A DNA stretch of 64,000 bases, taken from positions 1 to 64,000 of the forward strand of contig JBHGAY010000002.1 of NCBI GenBank assembly GCA_041946735.1, in the 5' to 3' direction. A program made the translations under genes and the position numbers. This DNA comes from Candidatus Eiseniibacteriota bacterium. Lineage in GTDB: Bacteria > Eisenbacteria > RBG-16-71-46 > CAIMUX01 > VGJL01. The notes beneath the pieces were generated by a model. It saw only the letters and a program-made list of their open reading frames with translations. It had not been told where the DNA came from and made no database searches. Shown in pieces: positions 38,399-46,732 of the stretch (position 1 is the stretch's first letter; each line of letters starts with the position of its first letter).

Positions 38399-39373
38399 AT
38401 GCGACGCCTATCTCATGCGGGCTTCAAGAGGGAGTTCGCGGCCACGGCCATCCTTCCGGACTGGTGGGAGGAGGCGTGCGCTCAAGACCCCGATCTTCTG
38501 CCGGATTTGGAGACACGGGTTGCCCGTTTCCTCGGGATACCGGTCTCCACGGTCCGCGACCCAGACGCACAGCTAGTGGCACCTTCCTATCCGCGGGCGC
38601 AACTTCGCCGGGTCCGGGACATCAATCGGGACCGGCTTGCACCCGCCATCCATTCGGCGACGAGGATCGCTGAAGCCGTCGTCCGCTCGCTCCGTCCTGG
38701 TGTGCCCGCTCCTGAGGATCCCGCGCCCGACGCCCTCGTATGGCGGCAGAGGATCGTCCCCCGCGGGCCAGTGACTCTCGACCACATCCTCGGCGATCTT
38801 TGGGGACACGGCATCCCCGTTGTCGCGATCGAAAGGCTTCCGTCGCCCGCGTTTCAGGGAGCCGCATTCGTCGTTCACGGACGACCCGTAATTGTCGTCG
38901 TGCACAAGCATGACGAGCCCGGGCGCGTCGCCCATCTCGTCACCCATGAAGGCGGCCACATTGCGCAGGGTGATTGCCAGGAGGGCCAGCCGGTTGTCGA
39001 CGAGGAAGACGAGGTGCCCGACAATGATGAGATCGAGGCGAAGGCGGATCGCTATGCCCGGCGCGTTCTCGTGGGAGCCGATACCGTTCCCTCGGTCCAA
39101 GGCGGAGATTTCAAACAGCTCGCGACCGAAGCGCTCGCGATTGAGCGGTCGACGGGCGCGGATGCCAGCGCCGTCATCTTCGCCTGGGCGGCACAAACCG
39201 GCGACTATGCAGCCGCGTCGATGGCCGTGAGGGCACTCTATCGCGGATCTGGAGCACGGCGTCGGCTCCAGGAGCATCTCGAAAAGAACGTCGACGCCGA
39301 ACGCGCATCGGAGAGCGATCGCGCTCTGCTCCGCTGCGTGCTCGGTCACATGGCCGATGCTGCTGCTGGTTGA
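38399..39373 (+). CDS. ImmA/IrrE family metallo-endopeptidase
   Basis: HEGGH (HExxH, 38945-38959) preceded by GRPVIVV and followed by E-x-x-ADRYA. Confidence 0.85.
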   Translation: MRRLSHAGFKREFAATAILPDWWEEACAQDPDLLPDLETRVARFLGIPVSTVRDPDAQLVAPSYPRAQLRRVRDINRDRLAPAIHSATRIAEAVVRSLRPGVPAPEDPAPDALVWRQRIVPRGPVTLDHILGDLWGHGIPVVAIERLPSPAFQGAAFVVHGRPVIVVVHKHDEPGRVAHLVTHEGGHIAQGDCQEGQPVVDEEDEVPDNDEIEAKADRYARRVLVGADTVPSVQGGDFKQLATEALAIERSTGADASAVIFAWAAQTGDYAAASMAVRALYRGSGARRRLQEHLEKNVDAERASESDRALLRCVLGHMADAAAG

Positions 39374-39968
39374 CACCGACGCCTTCTGCAAACTGGGGAT
39401 CGCCGGTCTGCTCGGTGATGTGCCGGGGCTCTTCGACTTAGGTTTCACAGACTGCCGGCGGCTCCCGGCCCTGCTGTACATGCTTCGCCGGGGACGCCTG
39501 CCGAAGCTCTACGGCGCCGAGGCGTGTGAGGCGCTTCTCTCCGCCGTCGAGAGAGTCGCCGGCCTTTCGCCGCCGAGTGACGCCTGGCTCGACCGCTTGG
39601 CCCATATCCCCGCGATCGATCCCGGCGAGGCTCTCCTCTTCGCCTCCGCGGCCGAATCGGGCCATCTTGTCCTGTCAGGTGACAAGCGGGCACTGGAAGC
39701 GGTCAAGGACGTGCCGGGTTTCGCGGAGGCGCTCTCCGGCCGCATCGTGGTCCTCGAAGCAGCGCTTTTGGGACTCTGCGAGCGCCACGGCGCAGAGGTC
39801 ATCCGCGGCCGGGTTGCGCCGCTCCTCGCATCGGACATGATGGTCGAGGTGTGCTTTTCCCCGGGAAATCCGGACCCGCCAGGGGCCCTCCTGTCCTACT
39901 TCACGGCACTCGCAAGGGAAGTCGCGCCCTTGGCGTTGTGGGATCCTCGCCCGGGAGGTAGAGCATGA
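39357..39968 (+). CDS. PIN-like domain nuclease
   Basis: LLVDTD, IDPGEA, LSGDKRA acidic motifs; overlaps the upstream gene by 17 bp. Confidence 0.75.
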   Translation: MLLLVDTDAFCKLGIAGLLGDVPGLFDLGFTDCRRLPALLYMLRRGRLPKLYGAEACEALLSAVERVAGLSPPSDAWLDRLAHIPAIDPGEALLFASAAESGHLVLSGDKRALEAVKDVPGFAEALSGRIVVLEAALLGLCERHGAEVIRGRVAPLLASDMMVEVCFSPGNPDPPGALLSYFTALAREVAPLALWDPRPGGRA

Positions 39969-41026
39969 GCTTCGGACCCGACCACTACGTCCCCGTCCTC
40001 AAGATCAAGCGCGGCGAGAAGGCGGCACTTCGGCTCCTGGCGCCGTCGTTTTGGCCGCGGATCACGCCGCTCCTCGAGATCGTGGAGCGTCGGTCGGAGA
40101 GGTCGCCAGATGAGCATCTGGAGACCGCTTTCAAGGGCCTTGCCGAGAGTGTGGGCGCATATCCCTACTTCTTCCTCGATTTGCGTGAGCTTGCCCCGGA
40201 CGGCGCCGCGGTCGCGGCCAAGGTCTTCGGGCGGGCGGCAGATGCCGGCATGGCATTCATCCCGGTCACCGGCATCTCGCGCGGCGCGGACCTGGACGCC
40301 GCGAAGGCCCACCGCTCAGGTGGCCTTGCGCTCCGGCTCACGCGCGAGGAATTCGAACGCGGAGATCTCGCGACAAAGCTCAACCGCTTCATGACGACGC
40401 ACGGTCTTGCGCACGAGGAGACGGACCTCATCGTCGATCTCGGCCCGGTCGATGACATGATCGCCCCGGGCGTCATGGCCTTCGCGGAAGCCTTCCTCGC
40501 CGACGTGCCGGAGCATCTCCGGTGGAGGAGCTTCACGATCTCCTCCTGCGCGTTTCCTCGGGGAATGGGCGGCCTCGAGCGCCACTCGTACGACTTCGTT
40601 GACAGGATCGATTGGATTGCGTGGCGCGACTGTCTTCTTGCGAGGAGGGAGGACATCCCACGGCTCCCGACATTTAGCGACGGCGCCATCCAGCACCCGG
40701 CGGGTGTGGAGGGTTTCAATCCCGCAATTATGCAGGCGTCTGCTTCCGTGCGGTACACGCTCGCTGAGAAGTGGCTCAGGATCAAGGGGCAGGGGCTCCG
40801 CACGAAGTCCGGCAGCTTGCAGTTTCCAAGTCTCGCGACCCGTCTCGTGTACGGCGACCTTCGCGGGCACTACGCAGGCCAAGACCATTGCGAGGGCTGC
40901 CGGCTCATTAAGCTCGCGGCGGACGGCGCGCCAAAGCTCGGCTCCCTTGAAGCCTGGCGACGGTTAGGAACCGTGCATCACATCGCGGTTGTCATACAGG
41001 GGCTTGGGCTGCCGCCCGGGCCTTGA
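39965..41026 (+). CDS. Beta family protein (P4 beta / sce7725-like)
   Basis: YVPVLK-x-K-x-GE, ITPLLEI, TFSD-x-AIQHP, SVRYT, W-x-x-x-G-x-x-HHI; ATGA overlap with the PIN gene. Confidence 0.85.
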   Translation: MSFGPDHYVPVLKIKRGEKAALRLLAPSFWPRITPLLEIVERRSERSPDEHLETAFKGLAESVGAYPYFFLDLRELAPDGAAVAAKVFGRAADAGMAFIPVTGISRGADLDAAKAHRSGGLALRLTREEFERGDLATKLNRFMTTHGLAHEETDLIVDLGPVDDMIAPGVMAFAEAFLADVPEHLRWRSFTISSCAFPRGMGGLERHSYDFVDRIDWIAWRDCLLARREDIPRLPTFSDGAIQHPAGVEGFNPAIMQASASVRYTLAEKWLRIKGQGLRTKSGSLQFPSLATRLVYGDLRGHYAGQDHCEGCRLIKLAADGAPKLGSLEAWRRLGTVHHIAVVIQGLGLPPGP

Positions 41027-41621
41027 GGGAAACGCAGACGGTCGCCGCGATCTCGTTCAGGTCGAGAACTTCGCAGAGCCTGTCCCACACGAGGGAGCGC
41101 GGCTTCGCGCGCGCTCCGCGCGCAGCACCCCTGGAGTCCAGCAGTTCCAGCGCCTCATCGCGCCACAAGAGCTCGACGAGGGTGCGCGGGTCCCGCGCCG
41201 GGTTTCTGCGTCCGCGGCGGACCGTGCAGAACCGCGGGCCTGTCAGTCTTTGCTCGATACGGAGGACTCCCCACCAAGGCGGTACCAGTTCCATCGCTCC
41301 CGTGAGGTGCCGCGCTGCGACAACAAGCGTCATGCGTTCGAACACCCGGCTATACACTTCGGCCTGTAGACGGAGCCGGCGGAGGGAATCACGGTCGGAC
41401 TTGATCTCGAACCCATGAAGAAGCCCGTTCACGACCGCGAGGTCAATGCGGACTTGGCCCCGGCAGAGACCGAGTTCCTCGAGCATGACGGTGCCCGCCT
41501 CCCGTGCGTGCTTCGCACCGAGATAGGTGCGAAGCGCTTGGCGGATCTCAGGGTCTCCGCATCTCTCCAAATGGTCGTTCGTGGCTACGCCCTCCACGGC
41601 TGATGATTGAAGCACATCCAA
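40992..41621 (-). CDS. sce7726 family protein (PD-(D/E)xK nuclease-like)
   Basis: DPEIR, EELGL, RIDLAVVNG, GFEIKSDRDSL-x-RL-x-x-Q, WWGV, LLWRDE. Confidence 0.85.
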   Translation of the reverse strand: MDVLQSSAVEGVATNDHLERCGDPEIRQALRTYLGAKHAREAGTVMLEELGLCRGQVRIDLAVVNGLLHGFEIKSDRDSLRRLRLQAEVYSRVFERMTLVVAARHLTGAMELVPPWWGVLRIEQRLTGPRFCTVRRGRRNPARDPRTLVELLWRDEALELLDSRGAARGARAKPRSLVWDRLCEVLDLNEIAATVCVSLKARAAAQAPV

Positions 41622-41651
41622 CTCTGGAATGTCTCCATCGTCCTAGTTCCA

Positions 41652-41674
41652 TGGAGGCGGCGGGAAAGAACCCG
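41652..41674. repeat. Internal degenerate att core (third copy of the tmRNA 3' end)
   Basis: TGGAGGCGGCGGGAA (15 bp exact) then AGAACCCG, versus TCGAACCCG in tmRNA. Confidence 0.8.
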
Positions 41675-41839
41675 AGGGCCCGCAGACGCCTAGCTAGACT
41701 ACAAGGAGATCCCTAGCGCGCAGTCATGTCGGCAGTTACCAATCTGCGGCTTTGCCGCGGCGTCGCGCTGGAACGTGGAGAGATGTTGGAGACAAGCACG
41801 GACTAGGCTGCAAGCCATTTCAGTTACATGAGTTATAAG

Positions 41840-42180
41840 TGGAGGCGGCGGGAATCGAACCCGCGTCCGAAAGGAGATCCGAAAGGACATCTACGTGTGT
41901 GTTCGGTCGTTTGATTCTCGTCCCTCGGGCTCCGGCCGACAGGATCCGTTCGGGACCAGCCTCTGAATGTTTCGCCGCGCTAACGAGGCTCTCACGCGAC
42001 TAGACCGCTGTAACGTCGTCTCTCTGCGACCCAGCGGACGCAATCACAGGAGACGTGGCTACCTAAGCAGCCAGTGCCAATTCAGTGTTGGCAGTTGGTT
42101 TTTGCCACAGGATTTACGAGGCCGTGGCGGCTCGACACGCAGTCCTGACTTCCCTCCCCCCGTCGAAACCAGGCGCCCCC
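41840..42180 (-). ncRNA. ssrA: tmRNA, tag reading frame ANTELALAA*
   Basis: 5' GGGGGCG pairs with 3' CGCCTCCA including the G3-U wobble; T-arm GGTTCGATTCC; tag ORF GCCAACACTGAATTGGCACTGGCTGCTTAG. Confidence 0.95.
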
Positions 42181-42230
42181 GGTTTACTTGCGTCTGCCTT
42201 GGTTCGTGGCTCGGTCCGTTGCTCGGAGGG

Positions 42231-42306
<76 letters not shown>

Positions 42307-42333
42307 AGTGCTCTGTGGGAACACCACCTGGGC

Positions 42334-42362
42334 AGCATAGATCCCGTTCGTTCGACGGTCAA
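42334..42362 (-). promoter_or_regulatory. Sigma70-type promoter for tRNA-Lys/ssrA
   Basis: TTGACC-N17-TATGCT on the minus strand. Confidence 0.7.
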
Positions 42363-42477
42363 GTCACCCGGATATTCCGAGACGAGGTCGTGCGAGCCCA
42401 GGCCGCGACCCGCGGCCGCGCCGCCTGCCGACGCCGGATCCCCATGACGGCTCGGCGGACCGCGCCGAGCCCCGCGA

Positions 42478-42972
42478 TCAGAACGGGAGGTCGCTGTCGT
42501 CGTCTCCCCCGACGGGGCCCGGGTCCTCGTCGCCTGGGTACTCGTCGACGCCGGAAGCGCCGCCGCGCGCGACCGCTCCGGCTCCCGCCCCCGCTCCTGC
42601 TCCGGCATAGCCGCCGGCGGAACCGCCCGGGCCGCCTTCGCCGCCCCGGCCTCCGAGCATCATGATGTTTTGAGCGACGATCTCGGTCGAGTAGCGGGTC
42701 TGTCCTTGCTGGTCCTGCCACTGGCGGGTCTGGATGCGCCCCTCCACGTAGACCTGCCTACCCTTCCGCAGATACTCGCCCACGATCTCTCCCAGCCGCG
42801 CCCAGGCGACCACCCGATGCCACTCCGTCTTCTCTTGCCGCGCCTCGCCCGTCCCCCAGATCTCGGTCGTCGCTAGCCGGAAGTTCGCGACGGTCTGCCC
42901 GCCCTGGGTCTTGCGCACCTCGGGATCCGCCCCGAGATTGCCGATCAGGATGACCTTGTTGATGCTCCGCAT
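42478..42972 (-). CDS. ssb: Single-stranded DNA-binding protein
   Basis: [22 protein letters not shown], Gly-rich linker, DDDSDLPF tail. Confidence 0.97.
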   Translation of the reverse strand: MRSINKVILIGNLGADPEVRKTQGGQTVANFRLATTEIWGTGEARQEKTEWHRVVAWARLGEIVGEYLRKGRQVYVEGRIQTRQWQDQQGQTRYSTEIVAQNIMMLGGRGGEGGPGGSAGGYAGAGAGAGAGAVARGGASGVDEYPGDEDPGPVGGDDDSDLPF

Positions 42973-43092
42973 GCCTCTTCCTTCCCCGGCCTGGGCTTGC
43001 TGCTGCCCGGCCCGAACCGCTTCCCCAAACCGCACTTGTCAGCCAACGTCCGCCTACCGTACGATCCGTCCTGCGCCCTCGGCCAGGCATTT

Positions 43093-43166
<74 letters not shown>

Positions 43167-43190
43167 CAGACGGTCCCATCGAAGAATCGT

Positions 43191-43264
43191 GGTGGATGTA
43201 GCTCAGCTGGTAGAGCACTGGATTGTGGTTCCAGGTGTCGTGGGTTCGAAACCCATCATCCACC
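43191..43264 (+). tRNA. tRNA-His(GTG)
   Basis: G-1, anticodon loop TTGTGGT, C discriminator. Confidence 0.96.
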
Positions 43265-43445
43265 CATCTCCTTTCTCTCCGTGTCCGGGGGCGCCGGCGC
43301 GCTGGCGTCTCCGGCATCTGGTCCCGGCCCGATCGGCCGCTCCTCGATCCGCGCGGGTCGGGTGGCCCAGCGTGACCGTGAACGTGACCATGACGGCGGC
43401 CGTGGCCGTCCCGGCCGATTCGCTCCTCTACGTCGCATCGCGTGC

Positions 43446-43522
43446 GCGCCCGTAGCTCAGTCGGATAGAGCAGCGGATTTCTAATCCGCGGGTCGGGGGT
43501 TCGATCCCCTCCGGGCGCGCCA
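43446..43522 (+). tRNA. tRNA-Arg(TCT)
   Basis: Cloverleaf, anticodon loop TTTCTAA, encoded CCA. Confidence 0.96.
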
Positions 43523-43574
43523 CTGCTTCCACTCACTCCCCTCGGCGGCTGGACCGAATCCGCGCCACGGACCC

Positions 43575-44273
43575 TCAAAGCGAGAAGCGTTCCACCAGCA
43601 GTGCCCGCAGGCGCCGCATCGCCTGCCCGCGATGGCTGACTCGGTCCTTCTCCTCGAGACTCATCTCCGCGAAGGTTCTCTGCGCGCCCTCCGGCAGGAA
43701 GACCGGGTCGTAGCCGAATCCGCCCTGGCCGCGCCGCTCGGTCGTGATCTCCCCCGGGCAGATCCCCTCGACGAGCACCTCGATGCCACCCGGCTCCACG
43801 AGCGCGATCACGCAACGAAACCGGGCCGTCCGCGCGCCCGTCTGAACGCTCTCCATCCGCTTCAGGAGCTCTGCGACGTTCTCAGCGTAGCTCGCTCTCG
43901 GCCCGGCGAAACGGCTACTGAAGACACCCGGGGCGCCTCCGAGCGCGTCGGCCTCGAGGCCCGTGTCGTCGGCGACCGCCGCGATCCCCGTCGCCTCGCA
44001 CAGCTCGCGCGCTTTCTTCAAGGCGTTCTCCTCGAGCGTCGCTCCGTCCTCGACCGTCTCCGGCACCGCGGGATAGTCGGCGCGCGTCCGGATCTCGACG
44101 TCCAGCCCGACCAAGGCAAGCCGCATCTCGGTCACCTTGTCGGGATTGCCGGTGGCGAGGACGATCCGCGCGGCGGGCCGGCCGCGGGCACCCGCGCCTC
44201 CGCTGCTGGCGCCGCCGCCAGCGCCGCCGCGGCCGGCGCCACCGCCCCCGCCGTCCGGCCCGCTCGGCCTCAC
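43575..44273 (-). CDS. rdgB: XTP/dITP diphosphatase (non-canonical purine NTP pyrophosphatase)
   Basis: LATGNPDK, ADDTGL, APGVFSSR, GFGYDPVF, SHRG; GTG overlaps the rph stop; Gly-rich N-terminal extension. Confidence 0.93.
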   Translation of the reverse strand: MRPSGPDGGGGGAGRGGAGGGASSGGAGARGRPAARIVLATGNPDKVTEMRLALVGLDVEIRTRADYPAVPETVEDGATLEENALKKARELCEATGIAAVADDTGLEADALGGAPGVFSSRFAGPRASYAENVAELLKRMESVQTGARTARFRCVIALVEPGGIEVLVEGICPGEITTERRGQGGFGYDPVFLPEGAQRTFAEMSLEEKDRVSHRGQAMRRLRALLVERFSL

Positions 44274-45031
44274 GTGGACAGCAACGGGCGGGCGGTCCGC
44301 GGAGGGAGCGCCAACGCCCGTTCCTGGGCGCGGAACATGCGCGACAAGCCGGCGCGCGAGAGCCGCAGCATCGGCCGGATCTCCGACTCCTCGAACGGAT
44401 CCCCCTCGGCGGCTCCCTGGATCTCGACCAGCCGGCCGTCCGAGGTCGCGACGACGTTCAGATCGACCTGCGCCGCCGAATCCTCGTGATGGTCGAGGTC
44501 GAGCATCCTGCGTCCTCCCACGATCCCCACGCTCACTGCGGCGACGCGCGAGCGGATCGGGCTGCGCGCGATCTTCCCGGACGCGAGAAGCGACTCGACC
44601 GCGTCGGCGAGAGCCACCCACCCGCCGGTGATCGAGGCCACCCGGGTGCCGCCGTCCGCCTCGAGGACGTCGCAGTCGATCGTCCAGGTCCGGTCGCCGA
44701 GAAGGGAAAGATCGACGGCAGCGCGCAGGGAGCGGCCGATCAGGCGCTGGATCTCGAAGGTCCGGCCTGACGTGCGGCCGCGCGCCACCCGCTCCGGGAC
44801 GGAGCGCGGCAGCATCCCGTACTCGGCGGTGATCCAGCCATGCCCCCGGCCGCGCAGCCATGGCGGGACCCGGTCCTCCACCGTGACCGCGCACAGCACC
44901 TGCGTCCCGCCGAGCCCGATCCAGGCGGAGCCTTCCGCGTGCCGGAGGACGCCCCGCCGGATGCGTACGGGGCGCAGCCGCGCGACCGTGCGGCCGTCCT
45001 CACGAAGATCGCCTTCCCGTTCCGCCGACAT
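44270..45031 (-). CDS. rph: Ribonuclease PH
   Basis: AEGS, WITAEYGMLP, EIQRLIGRSLR, DCDVLEADGGTR. Confidence 0.96.
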   Translation of the reverse strand: MSAEREGDLREDGRTVARLRPVRIRRGVLRHAEGSAWIGLGGTQVLCAVTVEDRVPPWLRGRGHGWITAEYGMLPRSVPERVARGRTSGRTFEIQRLIGRSLRAAVDLSLLGDRTWTIDCDVLEADGGTRVASITGGWVALADAVESLLASGKIARSPIRSRVAAVSVGIVGGRRMLDLDHHEDSAAQVDLNVVATSDGRLVEIQGAAEGDPFEESEIRPMLRLSRAGLSRMFRAQERALALPPRTARPLLST

Positions 45032-45123
45032 GGGGACCTCCTCTCGTCGTTGGCTACCCGGCCCCGCGCGACCACCGGACGCCGGAAGGTCCCGCCGAGG
45101 ACCGGGCGCCTCATCCAGCGCGT

Positions 45124-46020
45124 CTAGCGCTCGTACCAGGGAATGTCGGACTGCTCGATCCAGTGAAGATTCTCGATCGGCTCCCCGAGGAACCGCTCGC
45201 CGATCTGCTGGAAGCGAAGCGGGACGTCGCTCAGGTAGAAAGTGCGCTCCCCCGCTCCCTTCGCCTGCCGCGCCAGGCCGAGCGACTCGAGCTTTTCGCG
45301 GACGTCGTGCACCGTCGCCTCCGCAGTATCCACGAGATCGATCTGTGGCCCGAGCGCTTCCCCGATCACCTCGCGCAGGAGCGGATAGTGCGTGCAGCCG
45401 AGCACCACCGTGTCGACCCCGCTCCTTCGAATCGGCTCCAGATACGACCGGGCGATCCCGAGCGGGATCTCCCCATCGACCCAACCTTCCTCGGCGAGCG
45501 GGACGAAGAGCGGGCAGGCGGCGGCCTCGACCGCGCAGCTCGCGTCGATCTCGGCGATCGCCTTTTCGTATGCGCGCGACCCGACCGTCCCGGTCGTGCC
45601 GATGACGCCGATCCTGCGCGAGCGGCTGCGCTGGACGGCCGCGCGCGCGCCCGGGAGGATCACGCCGATCATCGGGATTTCGAAGCGGCGCTCGAGGGCC
45701 GGCAAGGCGACCGCGCTCGCCGTGTTGCAGGCGACGACGAGGAACTTGATGCCGCGACGGACCAGGAAGCGGGTGTTCTCGATCGAGAAGCGAGTGACCG
45801 TCTCGACCGACTTGCCGCCATACGGCACCCGGGCCGAATCGCCGAAGTAGAGGACGTGCTCGGCGGGAAGTTGCGAGAGGATCTCGCGCACGACCGTGAG
45901 CCCGCCGATTCCCGAGTCGAAGACGCCGATCGGCCTCTCCCTCGCTTCTTCTGGCGTAGCGGGAGGCGGAACCGGAGGCGGAACGGGAGGGGGAACGGGA
46001 GGCGGGACGGGAACGGTCAT
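45124..46020 (-). CDS. murI: Glutamate racemase
   Basis: FDSGIGGLTV, VACNTAS, LGCTHYP; (VPPP)n N-terminal repeat. Confidence 0.97.
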   Translation of the reverse strand: MTVPVPPPVPPPVPPPVPPPATPEEARERPIGVFDSGIGGLTVVREILSQLPAEHVLYFGDSARVPYGGKSVETVTRFSIENTRFLVRRGIKFLVVACNTASAVALPALERRFEIPMIGVILPGARAAVQRSRSRRIGVIGTTGTVGSRAYEKAIAEIDASCAVEAAACPLFVPLAEEGWVDGEIPLGIARSYLEPIRRSGVDTVVLGCTHYPLLREVIGEALGPQIDLVDTAEATVHDVREKLESLGLARQAKGAGERTFYLSDVPLRFQQIGERFLGEPIENLHWIEQSDIPWYER

Positions 46021-46066
46021 GAGAGATCTCCCTTTTCCGGCGAGCCGGAGACACGCCGCGCGCCGC

Positions 46067-46732
46067 TCATGATCCGGCCTCCGCCTCAGCCTCCGCCTCC
46101 GGGGAGAGCCCCAAAGTGGCGAGATCGAGCGGCAGGTCGATCGGGATCGATCCGGGCGCGCGCTCGACGATCTTGCCGTCGACGAGGATCTGCACGGCGC
46201 GGATTCCCGGGACGTTCTCGATGAGCGAGCGCACGAGCGACGCGATCGAGACCCACTCGAGCCCGTCGCCGCGCGGCCAGCGAGCCAGCGCGTCGCTCGA
46301 GAGGTCGAGATAGCCGGTGCCGTCGGGCATCAGGAAGAAGGACTTCACGCGCGCGCGCGACGACCAGCCGCTGATCCCTTGGGACGATCCGGCGAGCACC
46401 TCTCGCGCGACCGCCTCGCCAAGTCGCTCCCGCCCGCCGGGATCCGGCACGGCCCTCTCCTCGCGTACGAGGCCGATCTGGTCGGGCGCTCCAAAGTAGA
46501 GGCCGAGGATCCGGACCGGCGCGCCCGCTTCGGTCGTTCCCGCGCCGACGTCGCGAGGATTGAGCGCCACCGTCCCCAGCCCGCGGTACACCACGATCGC
46601 GGCGACCACGAGCGCGATGATGAGGAGCCCCCAGAGGATGCGTCCCCTCGTCAGCCTGCCCTCGCCCGTGACGCCCGGCACTCGCCGACGCCGGCGCGTC
46701 ACTGCAGGTCTCCTCACGGCGGGCCCGCTCAC
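46067..46732 (-). CDS. GerMN domain protein
   Basis: N-terminal TM, LYF, YLDLS, SLVRSL-x-EN, VQILVDG; typical position upstream of murI. Confidence 0.8.
   Translation of the reverse strand: MSGPAVRRPAVTRRRRRVPGVTGEGRLTRGRILWGLLIIALVVAAIVVYRGLGTVALNPRDVGAGTTEAGAPVRILGLYFGAPDQIGLVREERAVPDPGGRERLGEAVAREVLAGSSQGISGWSSRARVKSFFLMPDGTGYLDLSSDALARWPRGDGLEWVSIASLVRSLIENVPGIRAVQILVDGKIVERAPGSIPIDLPLDLATLGLSPEAEAEAEAGS

Larger units (their letters stand above)
36742..41860. mobile_element. Integrase-less genomic island at the tmRNA 3' end
   Basis: Exact 19-bp direct repeat GAGGCGGCGGGAATCGAAC at 36742-36760 and 41842-41860 (tmRNA T-arm/acceptor); defence-type cargo; sequence visibly richer in A/T than the flanks. 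Confidence 0.85.

Noticed and set aside
36742..41860. Prophage or complete integrative element
   Set aside because: No integrase, replication, structural or conjugation genes are recognisable.
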